Notes: generated by a model not told the origin, from the letters alone. Shown: positions 38,561 through 54,050, counted from the first letter of the stretch. The stretch: 64,000 bases of DNA from Octopus vulgaris (GCA_951406725.2 OX597825.1:58776001-58840000), one strand, 5' to 3'. Numbers and translations: made by a program.

Positions 38561-39745
38561 TGAGGTGTGTTCAAAAAGTATCCAATTATATTTTTTCTTG
38601 CCATAACTAATGCTACATGGGAAAAATCCTTAGGGTGAAAGGTAACACCACCCTTCCTGTACATGCATGAATATTTTTGTGCTGGTAGGCTGTGTCAGTT
38701 CCTGGCTGTTATGCATAGAGTACAGGTGTGTAGTGTGCACTCGTTAGATTTTTGTTTTTATCCAAGATAAAACACATCGATCAGAATCCATAAACCCATG
38801 TCTCATCACCAGTGATGATGGTCTTCATGATGTTTGGGTCATGGTTTCCACTATCCAGCATGTCCTGAGCGATTTCCATGTGGAGTTACTCTTGCTGCTC
38901 CACCAGCGCTTTGGAAATGACTTATGCTGACTCTCTCTGCATGACCAAATCCTCCATATTGTTGTAGAACATCAACAACAACTCAAGCTTGATAAAATAA
39001 AATACCAGTGATGTACTGGGGCTCCTCTCATCGATTATAGCCATTCCTTAAAATATTTGTCTTAAAAGAAAGAATCCTGTTATTTTTCAGTTGTAGACTC
39101 CATACAACGACTGAGATAATTCCAAATTATGCAGAATTTATAAGTCTTTAGAATGTTGAAGCCATATCAGTTTGGACAGTTCCAAACAGTGTCTTTCACA
39201 TAACGTCTGTATCAGTAAACACATTTCCTGAATGGTCTTATACATATTTGATCAACTTATATTTTTGTCTTCCAACTTTAGACATATTATGAGGTGTGTT
39301 CAAAAAGTATCCAATTATATTTTTTCTTGCCATGGAATGCACTGATCCTGTGCTTATTCCCATGGCATGAGTAATTTCCTGGATTGTTACACATTGTCTT
39401 CCATGACTATTCACTGAACCTTCTCAATCAGCTCCTTCTTTCGATTTGTGGCTGGCCTACCTGAGCATGCCTTGCTCTCTACTGAGATGTAGCCATGTTT
39501 GAAGCAGTTGTACCACTCCTTAATCTAAGTTTTGCCCTTGGTAACATTGGCAAAGGCCTGTTGAATCTTCTGGATGGTTTCATCTTAGGTATTACCAAGA
39601 GTTTGGCAAAACTTGATACAATATCACTGCTTGATGCGTTCGATGAAAACGAAAATCCACCAAGTGCACACTACATGTCTGTACTCAAGGCATAACATCT
39701 CGGAAATGTCACAGTCTACTGGGTTTCCTTTCTTTGTCACCATAT
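38561..39745 (-). mobile_element. Decayed mariner transposon with internal deletion and insertion
   Basis: TA + tgaggtgtgttcaaaaagtatcc TIR. Minus-strand remnants ERIKQ*YCIKFCQTLG..ETIQKIQQA, GSVHS|MEDLVMQR and IITGDETWVYGF. The distal end is uncertain. Confidence 0.88.
38957..39333 (+). repeat. Direct copy of 38147-38171 plus 38259-38604 inserted inside the mariner
   Basis: Near-identical sequence that includes the mariner TIR. Confidence 0.95.
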
Positions 39746-39807
39746 ATATGTACACACACATACACATAGGCATATGCAGCTGTGTATGTATGTGTATGTG
39801 TGTGTGT

Positions 39808-39844
<37 letters not shown>

Positions 39845-40228
39845 TATCTTTATGTTTGTCACCAACTGGAGTTGGTTTGGTCAAAGAGTCTGAGAATATA
39901 TGCCAGAGTTAAAAAATAAGTATTTGCTGTGATTTGATTGGCTAAACTCTTCAGGCAGTGCTTCAGCATGACCGTAGTCAAATAACTGAAACAAATAAGA
40001 TAACAAAGAATAATACATTTTAGATGCTGGTTATCTATTGATCCTTCATCTTCTCTGAGACAGACCTTATCAATATTCCATATCAGTCTCTGCTTTTACA
40101 GCTATTTTCTAAAATTAAACCAAATTTTCAGACAGTAGTGATTTTTATTATGTATATGATATTCAAACTCAAAACTGTTTATTTTTCCTAATTCTCTAGT
40201 GAGGCAACTCTCTCTCTCTCTGTTTCTT

Positions 40229-40273
<45 letters not shown>

Positions 40274-41287
40274 CTCTCTTCTCCACTCTCTCTTTCTCTG
40301 TTTGTTTCTCTCTTTCTTTATCCCATCTTATTTTATATCACACTAAAGTTCTTCCAATCAATCTTGACTGTTTGTGTTAACTATGCAACTACTAAGACCA
40401 TCGATGCATTAGCAATACTTAGAGATAAGTAGATGAGAGATTACTGCTCTGATATTGTCAAAAAAAGACAAGATTGTCTCGTCTTATACTCTTATTTAAG
40501 TGATGTGTCCAACAGACAATATAAACACTCTAAAAGTGGCTGTTAAAATCTCTAAAGACCAGGAAATTGAAATTACAAAGAGCTAGTGCATGGTCACAAG
40601 AATAGTCTCTAAAATTACAAGAACATTAGAAGCACAGAGTTGAGATATTATATAGAGAACCCAACAACTGGTGGGTAAATCTTATGTATTCAGAAAATAG
40701 AGTTTTATTAACAACACTTAAAGAAATAAACATGGAGACTTACGAGGGCCACAAAACTATTCTGTCAGACTAGAGATGGGAAACTAAATTCCCAAGTTAC
40801 AGAGGACAGTAACACATGGATACACAGACTAGGACTCCGGTGACCACTGAAAATATTTGGAAGTAGGTTAGATAAAGAAAACGTAAATTATTCTCTGACT
40901 GCCATAATGCCAATATTTTGCTTCTTTTGCTGGTTCCAGCCATTGGATGGCCTCCATGCTAGGTCTGGATTACCACCATGAAGGGTTTAGTCAAATTTAC
41001 TCTAGTACTTTTTTTTAAGCCTGTACTTATTATATCAGTCTCTTTTTGCTGAACTTCTAACTTATAGGGATCAAGCAAGGGTGGATATCAACACTGGGTA
41101 TCAAGCAGGGGTGGTGTACTAACACAGACACATACACAGATATGCACACCAACACACACGCACAGAAAAAAAAGTTCTATTGCCACTAATGGTGAGTGAA
41201 GGTGCTGAAGCACCTGTACTGCAAAAAATAAGGGTTAAAAACTCTTAATGCTGTAAGAAGCACACAATATACATACACTGACAAAGA

Positions 41288-41288
<1 letters not shown>

Positions 41289-41359
<71 letters not shown>

Positions 41360-41524
41360 ACATACATACATACATACATACATACATACATACATACATA
41401 CATACATACATACATACATACATACATACATACATACATACATACATACATACATACATACATACATACATACATACATACATACATACATACATACATA
41501 CATACATACATACATACATACACA
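41289..41524. repeat. (CA)n/(TACA)n microsatellite
   Basis: Direct inspection. Confidence 0.98.
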
Positions 41525-42304
41525 ACAGGTTACCATTAATTTCTGTTTACCAAATCTAATGACAAGACTTTGCCCAGTCCAATGATATAATAGAAGATAC
41601 TTGTCCAAAGTGCTGCATAGTGGGACTGAACCCAAAACCATGTGGTTGGGAAGCAAACTTCTTACCACACAGCTACATCTGAACACATTTTTAAAATTTA
41701 CATTTTCTCTTTGTGATTCCAAGAAGTTCCAGCACATCGATTCTTTATAGTGAATGATGCATGCACAGAACTACATTCATTTTCCAAGAGGAACAGTTTT
41801 TCTCCTGGTGGTCCAACATTGTTTGAGATGACTAGAAAATAAAATAAGCCTCAGATTTTATGTTAAGAGTATCCTTCTCCTAGATTGTTGTTCTGACAGA
41901 CATTAGGAGTCACATCACTTCCAAAATGGTCATACAGCATAGGCACTCATTCACCATATTTTAGTAATTCTATGCTCCTCCACACTATTGTTAAATAGTT
42001 ATTAAACATACACAGCCTGAGACCCAACAACAACAAAAAATAATAATAATCATTAATTCTTTTATTTTTTATCTTTTATTTGTTTTATCATCAGACTGCA
42101 GCCATGTGGAGGGGGGGGCACTGCATTGAAGGGCTTAGTTGAACAATCAACCCTAGTGATTTTTTTTTTCTCTTTAAGTATGGTACTTATCCTATAAGCC
42201 TCTTTTCCCAAACGGCTAAGTTACAGGGACATGCACAAACCAACACCTATTGCCAAGTGGAAAATAGAAAATAGGGGACAAACACAAACACACACACACA
42301 TACT

Positions 42305-42335
<31 letters not shown>

Positions 42336-42491
42336 TACAAATATAAGGGTAAATAATTATTAATTTAAAATTAATAAATTTTACCAAGTAGTTTCAGTAT
42401 GTAAAGAGAACCATTATTGGAAGGAACTTTTACAAAAAGTCTTTTTAAATATAAATATAAATATAATTAAATATAATTATAATTGCAATTA

Positions 42492-42540
<49 letters not shown>

Positions 42541-43293
42541 CATTCATATATATATATGATGGGATTCTTTCAGTTTCCATCTACCAAGTCCACCCATGAG
42601 GCTTTGGCTGGCCTGGAGCTATAATAGAATACAATAGCATTGTCCAAGATGGCAACTGAACCGAAGACCTCTTTGTTGAGAAGCTTTCTTCCGAACCACA
42701 CAGCAATGTCTGTAATAGTTCTATAGTTTTATTTCTCCCAAACCATGAAAAAATCATTACAATGGGTGCAGACATTCTTAGTTTTAGAGAATACCAAACA
42801 TTTCTTATATAATTCTTGCCTACAACAAAATTCTATTCTGATGCGTTCCTTACTGCAAACATGTTATACATCAAACTTCCAGCTTTATCTAACTGGAAAG
42901 TTCTCTTTTGTCTTTGAGATTCCATCATTCTATCTTCTGTTCCAATAATTTACACTCAACCAATCTAAAACTACCGCTAATGTCTACAATTCTTCCAAAT
43001 TTTCTATTGTTTTTCACAATTTCACTATTTGTGCCAAATCACTGGTCTCCTTTTCCAATTTCTCCATCCAATTATTGCTCTCTCTCTCCTTTTCTCTCTC
43101 TCTCTCTCTCCCTCTTTCTGTCTGTTTGTTTGTCTGTCTATCTGCCTATCTATGTATCTCACTCTCTCCTTTTTCTCTTTCTCTCATTTTCTCATTTTCC
43201 TTCTCTCTCTCTTTATCATTATCATTTCTTACTCTTTCCCTCTGACATTCTTTCTCTACCTATATATGTACACACACATGCATATCTATATAC

Positions 43294-43373
<80 letters not shown>

Positions 43374-43724
43374 ACAAACACACATATATGTAAGTATGTA
43401 TACATGCATATATCCACAATGTCTCTATATCTCTTTCATCATCATCATCTCTCACTGCCCATATATACATACACACACACACACACATATATATATATTA
43501 TATATGTGTGTGTGTATGTGTGTGTGTGTAAACATATATATACACACACATATATATTTATGTCTAATGTGTGTGTGTGTGTGTGTGTGTGTGTCTTTAA
43601 TATTCATTATTCTTATTATGTTTTGAGTATATATCAATTCTTGCATGTATATTAGCTGTAGTTTCGTGTATTGAGTACTCTGTATCTGTTACATAAAGAT
43701 ATGCTGAAAGATCTATTGGGATAC

Positions 43725-43772
<48 letters not shown>

Positions 43773-44420
43773 ACACACACACACACTCACACTCACACTA
43801 TATACTAATGCATGTGGGTATACACACACACACATATACATATATATACACACATTAGTATATAAATATATATATATATATACATACATTAGTGTATATG
43901 CATATATATAAGCATAATGCTTACATGCATACACACAAACACTTATGCATATACTTCTCAATATATCTCCATTTTTGACAGTCATATTCCCTCGTATTTC
44001 AACTCTCAGTTCCACAATCTCACAAGAATAGAGAGATGGAAGAGGAGAGAGAGAGAGAGAGGGAAGAAGAGAGAGACAGAGGGAAGAAAAGAGAGAGGGA
44101 CAGATTAATAAATGAAGAAATAGATAGTTAATAAGAGAAAGAAAGAGAGAGAGAGAGAATGCAAACACATGTATACACCTACAAACATTCACACATACTG
44201 AAATAAAAACATATATGAACATGTGTGTGTGTGTGTGTGCATGTATGTGTGAGTGTGTGTATGTGTGCATACTTGCATGCTTATAGTCACACATAGAAAT
44301 ATAACTGTGCCCCCACAATCACATATGCACACACATAAGTTCAAACATACACATAGAAACACAGAAGCAGATATACACACATGCACACATAATCTCACAC
44401 ACATACACAGAGCACACAAT

Positions 44421-44474
<54 letters not shown>

Positions 44475-44508
44475 TATTTATATACATATATTTATAAACA
44501 TATATATT

Positions 44509-44676
<168 letters not shown>

Positions 44677-45143
44677 TATATATAGTTTCACAGAAATGCA
44701 CACAGTCTCACACAGAACCACATACACACATGCACGTGTGCACACACACACACACACACATACACGCATATAGACATTTGCTATATATTATCAATTCTCA
44801 GAGCAATATTCTTAACTTCTTTCATGTAAATTAGAATTATCGAAATGAAATAATATTTCGAAGACATAATCTGATAAAGCAAACGCATAGCTTTACTGCA
44901 CATATGCATATGAACATGGACACACACATACACACACACACACTCTCTCACTCTTTCACATACACACGCATAAATGAATGCACATGCACACGCACACACA
45001 CATACACACATGCATGCACACACATGCATGTACACACACACATGCACACATGGTGCTGGTGTTTTAAAGAAGATTTAAAACAGCAAAGAACATTAACTGA
45101 AACAAATGACTCACTACCAATTTACTTTCTATCCGTTAATGTT

Positions 45144-45174
<31 letters not shown>

Positions 45175-45217
45175 ATGTATGTGTGTATGTATGTATGTAT
45201 GTATGTATATATGCATG

Positions 45218-45251
<34 letters not shown>

Positions 45252-45309
45252 TGTATGTATGTTTGTATGTATGTATGTATGAGTTTATGAATCTCTGTGT
45301 GTGTGTTTG

Positions 45310-45340
<31 letters not shown>

Positions 45341-46444
45341 ATGGAATGTATGTATGTTTGAACATATGTAATTTATGTACATAATGCAAATACATATACA
45401 CATTTGTGTGTGTGTATGTGTGTGTGTGTGTATACACACAAATGTATATTTTATGCATTATATATGCTAAAAATATATTATGTTATATATATATATATAT
45501 ATATATAAATATATTATTTTTATATATATTATACCTACCCATGTATGTATGTATACATAGATATATGTATGTACACACACACACACATACATGTATGTAT
45601 GCAGACATACATGCATACATATACACATACATCTCACATTGTCCGGTTGCTGAATATAGAGGTAGTTGTTTTTTAAAATTTTGTTACAGTAAATGACTTA
45701 TAGCAAGTTTTTACGTAATTCTTTTTGCTATGTAATATATTTGCACGTATCTTGTTAGGGTGACGCAGGTATTTAAGAGTGCATTTATTGACAATGATAA
45801 TTTTGTGATTTGTCTTTTATTTCATTTATTTTCTTGCAATTTTAAATTGATATACAATGCATAAAGCACAAGCGATTCTAATAGAAATGGGTTTTTGTGT
45901 CCCGAGAGCTCTGAGTAAAAACAACACTTCTTGTTCTGCAGTTTGTTTGCTCATGGAAAAGATATCTTCTTGACCCACCATGTGAGCATTCAACAGAGTG
46001 CCAACCATAAGAGAAACCCGGATTTGTCAGTTCAAACTCTAGCAATTTCATCAAAGAGTATTGTTGATGGTCATAGAAAAAGTATTAGAGGTTGACTTAG
46101 CCTTTCATCCTTTCAGGGTCGATTAAATAAGTAACAGTTACGTACTGGGGTCGATATAATCCACTTAATCCGTTTGTCTGTCCTTGTTTGTCCCTCTGTG
46201 CATAGCCCCTTGTGGGCAGTAAAGAAATAAGAAAAAGTATTAGAGGCAACTAAAAGTGTTTGAATTGAAAAAATGTAATTTAAGACAGGAATTGGGCAAC
46301 CTTTATCATGAAGTGGATCTCTTGACACTCGTCTCATTATTTGAAAAGCTACACTACTAAAAACAAAACTTTAAAGTAAATATTTCATTCAGCATGATAT
46401 TCAGAAAGTTCAGCAGGCTGCAGATTGCCTTGATTAGTCTAGGA

Positions 46445-46692
46445 CAGTGGTTTTTCAGCCAGTTTTTGCTTGTGGACACCTTTGAGCCCTTGTTTTCTCT
46501 AATGGACCCTCATAGCCATTCATTCTTTTAAAAATCTTATATTTTCATAATTAAATATCATTGGAAATTGTATAAAAGAAAATTGTTAAAACATTTTGTG
46601 TATTATAGAACCTATTTATTGCACATAAGCTTCAGCAAAAAAACCTTGTATAGACTTCCAAGGGTCATGTGGCTCCCAGTAGAAAACCACTG
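46445..46692. mobile_element. hAT (Charlie-like) MITE
   Basis: TIRs cagtggtttt / aaaaccactg; imperfect 8-bp TSD gtctagga / gtttaggg. Confidence 0.7.
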
Positions 46693-46914
46693 GTTTAGGG
46701 AAATGTGTAGAATGAAAACATCCTCTCCCTTGTTGCAGCCAATCAAAAATGGTGGTTTCAAACACATGAGGTCATAAAAGTTATGATAGACGTTCTTGTA
46801 CTGTTACATAGTTTTGGTGTATCTAAGCTTCATAGAAACATGACGTGTGCTCCTACTTACACTTTCAAATTGTGATGAGAGACAGCAATGGGCTAAAGAG
46901 AATTTTCTATTATT

Positions 46915-47312
46915 TCTTATCTTTTATTTGTTTTAGTCATTCGACTGTGGCCATGCTGGGGCACCACCTTGAAGGGTTTCAGTCTAGTGAATCGACCATA
47001 GTACTTGTGCTATTTTTTAAAGCCTGGTAGTTATTCTACCAGCCTCTTTTATCAAATGGTAAAGTAATGAGGATATAAACAGACCAACACCAGTTTACAC
47101 AAACAGTAAAACACACACACTACATACACTCCCACACACACAATGAGTTGGATGAACTTCTTTCAATTTCCATCTACCAAATCCACTTGCAAGGTTTTGA
47201 TTGACCTGGAGCTATAGCAGAAGGCACTTGTTCAAGATGCCATGCAATGGAATTGTACCTTAAACCATGTGATTGGGAAGAAGATGTCTTACCACACTGC
47301 CATGCTTGCACC
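46915..47312 (-). mobile_element. SINE family A, diverged full-length
   Basis: Colinear with 35156-35570 and CpG-decayed. Confidence 0.85.
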
Positions 47313-47659
47313 TCAGAAATTCTCTAAATAGTTGGGCTTAGTATTGATATCAACTGGTTAGTGCCATTTGGATATTTATGAGAGCCAAGATACCACATAA
47401 ACCTTTCATGCTTTCTTGATGGTATTTCTTGAGCCTTGTTGATGATAATTCTACAATCTTTTTTTTTTTTTGTGACATTCCTACCTGAATGTCAACTGAT
47501 AGTTATTGACCATTGTACAACTGAAATAAAATTTTGCAAATTTGCAAAACGAGCTGCTGAAACATCTCTCTTAAATGCAATTACTTATTCTTTATATTAA
47601 GCACTTTAATAAAAATTAACCTTACTATATAATAATTAATTAAAACATTATTATAATTA

Positions 47660-48628
47660 ATAACTGAAATATTTGAATGTCTTTCTAAATTTATGGCAAA
47701 ATCTTAAAGTTAAGTGCCTATTAAAATTCAATGAAATTCTTTTAGAAGTAATTATAAAATATAATTCTTCAAGGCAAAGATCACAAGTAGAAATACAAAT
47801 ATTATAAAATGGTGCATAACAAATAAAGGACCACTTTAAATCATATTTAATATTCTTATCCTTTAAATTCCAAATGCATTTACCAAGATTAGTAGAATTA
47901 CATTTTCTTCTATATTTAAAAGAATTAGAATGATTATAAAATCTAGATTTCCAACTAGTAGTAGAAGAACCAATATACCAATACTTACAAAGTCTGATAT
48001 ACTATATACTTCTTTAAACACTGATTTCCTAAAGGGCATCGAGTTTTGTTTACACAGTTACACATGGATTTGTTCCCTTGTAAACTCCCCTTATAGTTAT
48101 AAAAATTTCTACTAGCACTCATCTGTAAAATAGGTGTTAAGGTTGGATTATAATTATTATTATTATCATTAGAATTAATATTAATACAAAGTAAAAGACT
48201 AACTATATCATCAGCATTTTGATCAATCATAGAATCTAAACCTTGTTCCGAATGATTATCAATAACATTAATTTCACTATAAATATTATCAGTTCTACAA
48301 TTATTTATAGATTTAGGATTTAGATATTCTTTAATTCCCTATTTATTTTGTACTGCAATAATCTCAGCTAAATTTCTAGGGGCTGAATACGAAAACTTAA
48401 TACTATGTTTATGAAATAATTTCACATATTTGAAGGTAGGAAATACCTATCTAGTGCTACAAAGAATTTATGAGGGATATTAGAAGCTATTGAATATGAA
48501 AATGGAGCATTATACCATATAACATTTGTTGATCTATTCTTCTTCTTATTTCTATAAACCTTTTTGTCAGTATTACTTTTATTAAATTGAGTTGCTTCCT
48601 ATTATAATTTTTATTCATAAATTTGTAG

Positions 48629-48665
<37 letters not shown>

Positions 48666-49190
48666 AGTGTTATTATTATTATCATTATTATTAGTATTTC
48701 TATCTAAATTTTTAGTTTTCTTATACACTTTATTAATTTTTAACATCTCTATATTCCTATCATTTTCTAGAACTTTATTGTTATGAGGATTCTGGATATA
48801 ATAAACCTTATCTTTATATCCAGCTTCCAATAATGCATGGTTATAATAAGTTTGATTTTACTTAAATATATCCTCATTAGCTGAAATCCTCAAAATACAA
48901 GTAGATATATTCTTAACGAGTGAATTTATTGTGCCTCTTGATTGATTAGTATTTATATATATATATCTTAGGCATTAATAAGGCTCATGATAGGCTGGTA
49001 TAATTCCTTATGTAAATCAAGAAAATTAACCCTAGTATATTCATTTTCTATAGTAATAGAATGACCAAGACGCTTAAAGAATTTATAAAGATTTTTCTAT
49101 ACCTTTCTAAATTAGCCATATTAGATTTATATATAGTGAAAAAGCGTCATCTCTATATAATCCACCCCTTAATTTCTATTAAAGAACTAT
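47660..49190 (-). pseudogene. Penelope-like retrotransposon ORF remnant (RT catalytic region through GIY-YIG)
   Basis: Minus-strand motifs GGLYRDDA (about 49143-49166), NVIWYNAP, KLFHKHSIKFSYS, CNCVNKTRCPLGNQCLKKYIVYQ, STNLGKCIWNLKDK..LKW and CDLCLEE, with several stops and frameshifts. Confidence 0.92.
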
Positions 49191-49206
49191 ACATGTGTGT
49201 GTGTAT

Positions 49207-49316
<110 letters not shown>

Positions 49317-49905
49317 CATATATATACATACGTTTTTTGTGACTATATGATTTGTGGAAACACGTATAGTAATGCATTGAAATATTTATGAAATTCCATC
49401 CTTGGATTATTATTATTATTATTATTACTACTACATTTATCCTAAATTATATCAGCACAGCTCAGTACTATCCCATAAAAATGCTGTTGCAAGTTGGAAT
49501 TACTAGGCTGTAGCTGGCATAACATAGGAGATTTTATGTGCGTATTCAAAAACATTTCCTGTAAATGAATTTAAAGGATATATATATATCAGTTTCATTT
49601 GGGTGTCAACTCTGGAGTTTACTCTGTTCTTTGTTTTGCTTGCGATGTGCAAATGTAGTCATATAAAGACATTTACTTGCTACAGGTATAAACTGTTGAT
49701 AATACAAGTTTGCCATCAAAAGGATTTCATACATAACTCTGAAGGGTCAACATTCAGTTGTATCTGTTTAATGATAGCTCAGGAATTTATAGTTGCATAT
49801 ATTATGTAATAATATAACAATACACTTGAGATTGCATATTGAAAAAACAACTGAAAATTTATGTAATAAAATTACTTGCTCTCTCCATTCTCCTTGCAGA
49901 TAATC

Positions 49906-50316
<411 letters not shown>

Positions 50317-50317
50317 T

Positions 50318-50362
50318 ATACTGACCTAGTTTCACCTGAAAATTACAAGCTCATCAGTAGTG
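50318..50362 (-). ncRNA. Minimal type I hammerhead ribozyme-like motif
   Basis: Minus strand acta-CTGATGA-gcttg-taatttt-caggt-GAAA-c-tag-GTC-agta. Confidence 0.65.
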
Positions 50363-50424
50363 ACTACTCCATCGCTGGATAGTTTGGCTAAATGCTGACT
50401 GTCAGTATATATATTTAACATATG

Positions 50425-50462
<38 letters not shown>

Positions 50463-50558
50463 ATGTACTGTTCTGTGATAGAAAATTCAACAAAAAAAGT
50501 ACTCCAATTGGTGAGAGATAAATATTTATCTAAAGGGCACAACACATGTATTTAAGCT

Positions 50559-50608
50559 TTACTAATAGTTTCATATGTTGAGAAATACTCAAGTATATTC
50601 TTCAGGCA
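50559..50608 (-). ncRNA. Type I hammerhead-like motif downstream of a GIY-YIG remnant
   Basis: Minus strand CTGAAGA-atatacttgag-tattt-ctcaacatat-GAAA-cta-t-ta-GTA; stem I is poor. Confidence 0.55.
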
Positions 50609-50804
50609 CAAACCACATATAATGGACTAAAAAAAATCAATAATAGAAAAAACGCAGAAGAACTGATAAGGCAGCATATACAAAATGCAGAATGTCAAAA
50701 TCAGAAAATATAAACACAAACTCTAATATAAAAAAATAAAAAGTAAAAAGGTAAAAGTGCTATCCTCCTTAGACTTTAAATGATAAGGCTGGAAAGATAT
50801 CAAA

Positions 50805-51064
50805 TTAGTCAGGAATAGGTGGAATTTTCCAGTTCTTTAAAATATATTTATATATTTGCTTGCAACCACTGAAACTTTCTGACCTAGAGTTCACTAGAGA
50901 TTTAGGAATCTTAGATCTGAACAGGATCTGTGTTCTTTCAGCTAAACAAAGTCTACATTTATTCAATCCATTCACATAAGGTATGGATTTCTCAATTACT
51001 TTCCATTTATTCACATTCAGTGTTTTATTATCTTTCAAAGCCCATACATAGCTAGCCAACTTAG
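50805..51064 (-). pseudogene. Penelope-like GIY-YIG C-terminal fragment
   Basis: LASYVWALKD...KWKVIEKSIPYVNGLNKCRLCLAERTQI...VNSRSESFSGCKQ, homologous to 11412-11825. Confidence 0.9.
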
Positions 51065-51116
51065 TATATATATATATATGTATATATAATTGGCTATATA
51101 GTACATAGCCAACTTA

Positions 51117-51159
<43 letters not shown>

Positions 51160-51819
51160 TATGTAGGTATGTACATATATGTATGTATATATGCATATAT
51201 TTATATATTATTTAAATTATTATATGATCGAACGCCATGCATCCTTTTCCAAGTAAGTTTTATCTTAATAATTATGATGCACACTCTTCTCCTTGTCTAT
51301 CTCTCTCCCTCTCTTGTTCTTCATCCTTTCTGGTTTTCTCTCCCACCCTTCCCTGTTCTTCTCCTCTCCCCTTCCCCGTTCCCTCTCTCTTACTCCTTCT
51401 CCTCCTCCTCAACTCTCTCATCACTGACACGTGATCAGAGGGAAGCCATCTTTCCAACTGCTATCTTCACCAAGACCAGACCAGCTTATCCTGTCTCTTT
51501 CATAAGCTGTCTCCTCAAACGTTCAGAATAATTTTTCCATCGTCTTGACTTAACAGCCCTCATCGCTTGCTTTTACTGTTTTCTTCTCTCGAAACGCGGA
51601 GTAGATGAAACAGGGACAACTGAAGAAGGGGAATATTTCTTGTGTTGTATGTCTTGTACTCTGTTTTCTTTTTAGTTGTTTTAAAAAAAGTTCGTTTCTA
51701 TGTTTTTGCTTTTATGTTTTCGTTTCTCATTGTGTTCAACGTTTTTTTGATGTCCTGTACCCATATATGCATGTATATATACATATATATGTAGGTATGT
51801 ACATATATGTATGTATATA

Positions 51820-51876
<57 letters not shown>

Positions 51877-52394
51877 CACCTGTGCCAGTACTCTCTGTAA
51901 AGTGGATGGAATTAGGAAGGGCATCCAGTTGTAGAAACCATGCTGAAACAGACATGGACCCTGGGCAGCTCCTCAGCTAGCCAGCTCTGGTCAAACCATC
52001 CAACCCATGCTAGCATTGGAAACAGACATTAATTGATGATGATGAGGAGGATGAGGATGATGATACACACACACACTTAATGTACCACAATATGGATTTA
52101 TATAATCCAGCAGTACTCACAAAAAAGCTCCTTTAGTGGACCAGGATATAAACCACATACTTAACCAATACGTAGGAGTGTTATGCAGATGAAATCCAGT
52201 AAATCCAATCATTGAAAATTATTTCATGAGGAATATATAGAATATGAAAAAAAATGGCAGGAGGTATGAGATGATATATTTATTTCACCTATTGATATCC
52301 ATGAGATATCAATGAATATCCTATGGATATCAACTTGTGAAATAAATATATTTATCTCATATCTCCTGACTTTCTTTATATATTATGTATATAG

Positions 52395-52434
<40 letters not shown>

Positions 52435-52483
52435 TCATCATCACTTAATGCCCACCTTCCATGCTGGTATGATATATATATAA

Positions 52484-53425
52484 GGAATATGCGAAGGTTG
52501 AACTTTTAGAGAAACGGGCGGGAATGGCGATGTTTTTAGGGTGGCATGTAGAAAGAAAAGGAAAGCAAAGCAGATTGGTGGTTATAAGTTCAAAACATTT
52601 AAACGGTAGACAAATGTATGTATGTATGTATGTATGAAAAAGAAGGGAGAAATCTTAGCCTGCTCATGGACATCGCTGTAAGCCAGGGGAAGAAATGATA
52701 GTGAATGGTGGAGATCGAATTAAAGGGAATATGCGAAGGTTGAACTTTTAGAGAAACGGGCGGGAATGGCGATGTTTTTAGGGTGGCATGTAGAAAGAAA
52801 AGGAAAGCAAAGCAGATTGGTGGTTGTTTTGAACTTATAACCACCAATCTGCTTTGCTTTCCTTTTCTTTCTACATGCCACCCTAAAAACATCGCCATTC
52901 CCGCCCGTTTCTCTAAAAGTTCAACCTTCGCATATTCCCTTTAATTCGATCTCCACCATTCACTATCATTTCTTCCCCTGGCTTACAGCGATGTCCATGA
53001 GCAGGCTAAGATTTCTCCCTTCTTTTTTCATACATACATACATACATACATTTGTCTACCGTTTAAATGTTTTGAACTTATAACCACCAATCTGCTTTGC
53101 TTTCCTTTTCTTTCTACATGCCACCCTAAAAAACATCGCCATTCCCGCCCGTTTCTCTAAAAGTTCAACCTTCGCATATTCCCTTTAATTCGATCTCCAC
53201 CATTCACTATCATTTCTTCCCCTGGCTTACAGCGATGTCCATGAGCAGGCTAAGATTTCTCCCTTCTTTTTTCATACATACATACATACATACATTTGTC
53301 TACCGTTTAAATGTTTTGAACTTATAATCACCAATCTGCTTTGCTTTCCTTTTCTTTCTACATGCCACCCTAAAAACATCGCCATTCCCGCCCGTTTCTC
53401 TAAAGTTCAACCTTCGCATATTCCC
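52484..53425. repeat. ~243-bp tandem unit: about 1.4 copies in one orientation, then about 2.5 copies inverted
   Basis: ggaatatgcgaagg at 52484 and about 52725; tgttttgaacttataa at 52825, 53068 and 53312. Confidence 0.97.
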
Positions 53426-53679
53426 GGTGCACCCGCCCTTTCCCACCCCCACCACCAATACCGGATATCTCTATATTTTTGTTCCATCTATACCGGATGT
53501 CGCTTCTCCCACCACCATTATAGGTGTCTACTCTTCGAACCCCCCTCTTCAACACGCTATTTCACCATGCATTACCCTCTCTTGATATCCTACGTTCTAC
53601 TTGCCTAGAACCTGTCATCATTTCTCTGAACCACCCCTCCCCACTGGTGCTCCCCTATATATTTCTGCATCCCCCCCCC

Positions 53680-53933
53680 CCACATAAAAAGCACCATCCG
53701 AACGTGGCCGATGCCAGACCCCTCTGGCACCTGTGCAGGTGGCACGTAAAAAACACCCACTACACTCGCGGAGTGGTTGGCGTTAGGAAGGGCATCCAGC
53801 TGTAGAAACACTGCCAGACTAGACTGGAGCCTGGGGCAGTCCCGAGCTCCCCAGACCCCGGTCGAAACCGTCCAACCCGTGCTAGCGCGGAAAACGGACG
53901 TTAAACGATGATGATGATGATGATGATGATGAT
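53680..53933 (+). mobile_element. Young RTE-type 3' tail with (GAT)n
   Basis: CpG-intact relative of 21227-21505. Confidence 0.88.
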
Positions 53934-53993
53934 ATATATATATATATATATATATCATCATCATCACTTAATGCCCACCTTCCATGCTGGTAT

Positions 53994-54050
<57 letters not shown>

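Noticed and set aside
51585-51635. Type II hammerhead (GAAAcgcggagta...CTGAAGA)
   Set aside because: Stem I cannot form and stems II/III are mismatched; the similar order near 63550-63590 also fails.
52484-53425. Tandem array as CRISPR or retrozyme
   Set aside because: Units are contiguous with no unique spacers or cas genes, and no CUGANGA box was found on either strand of the unit.
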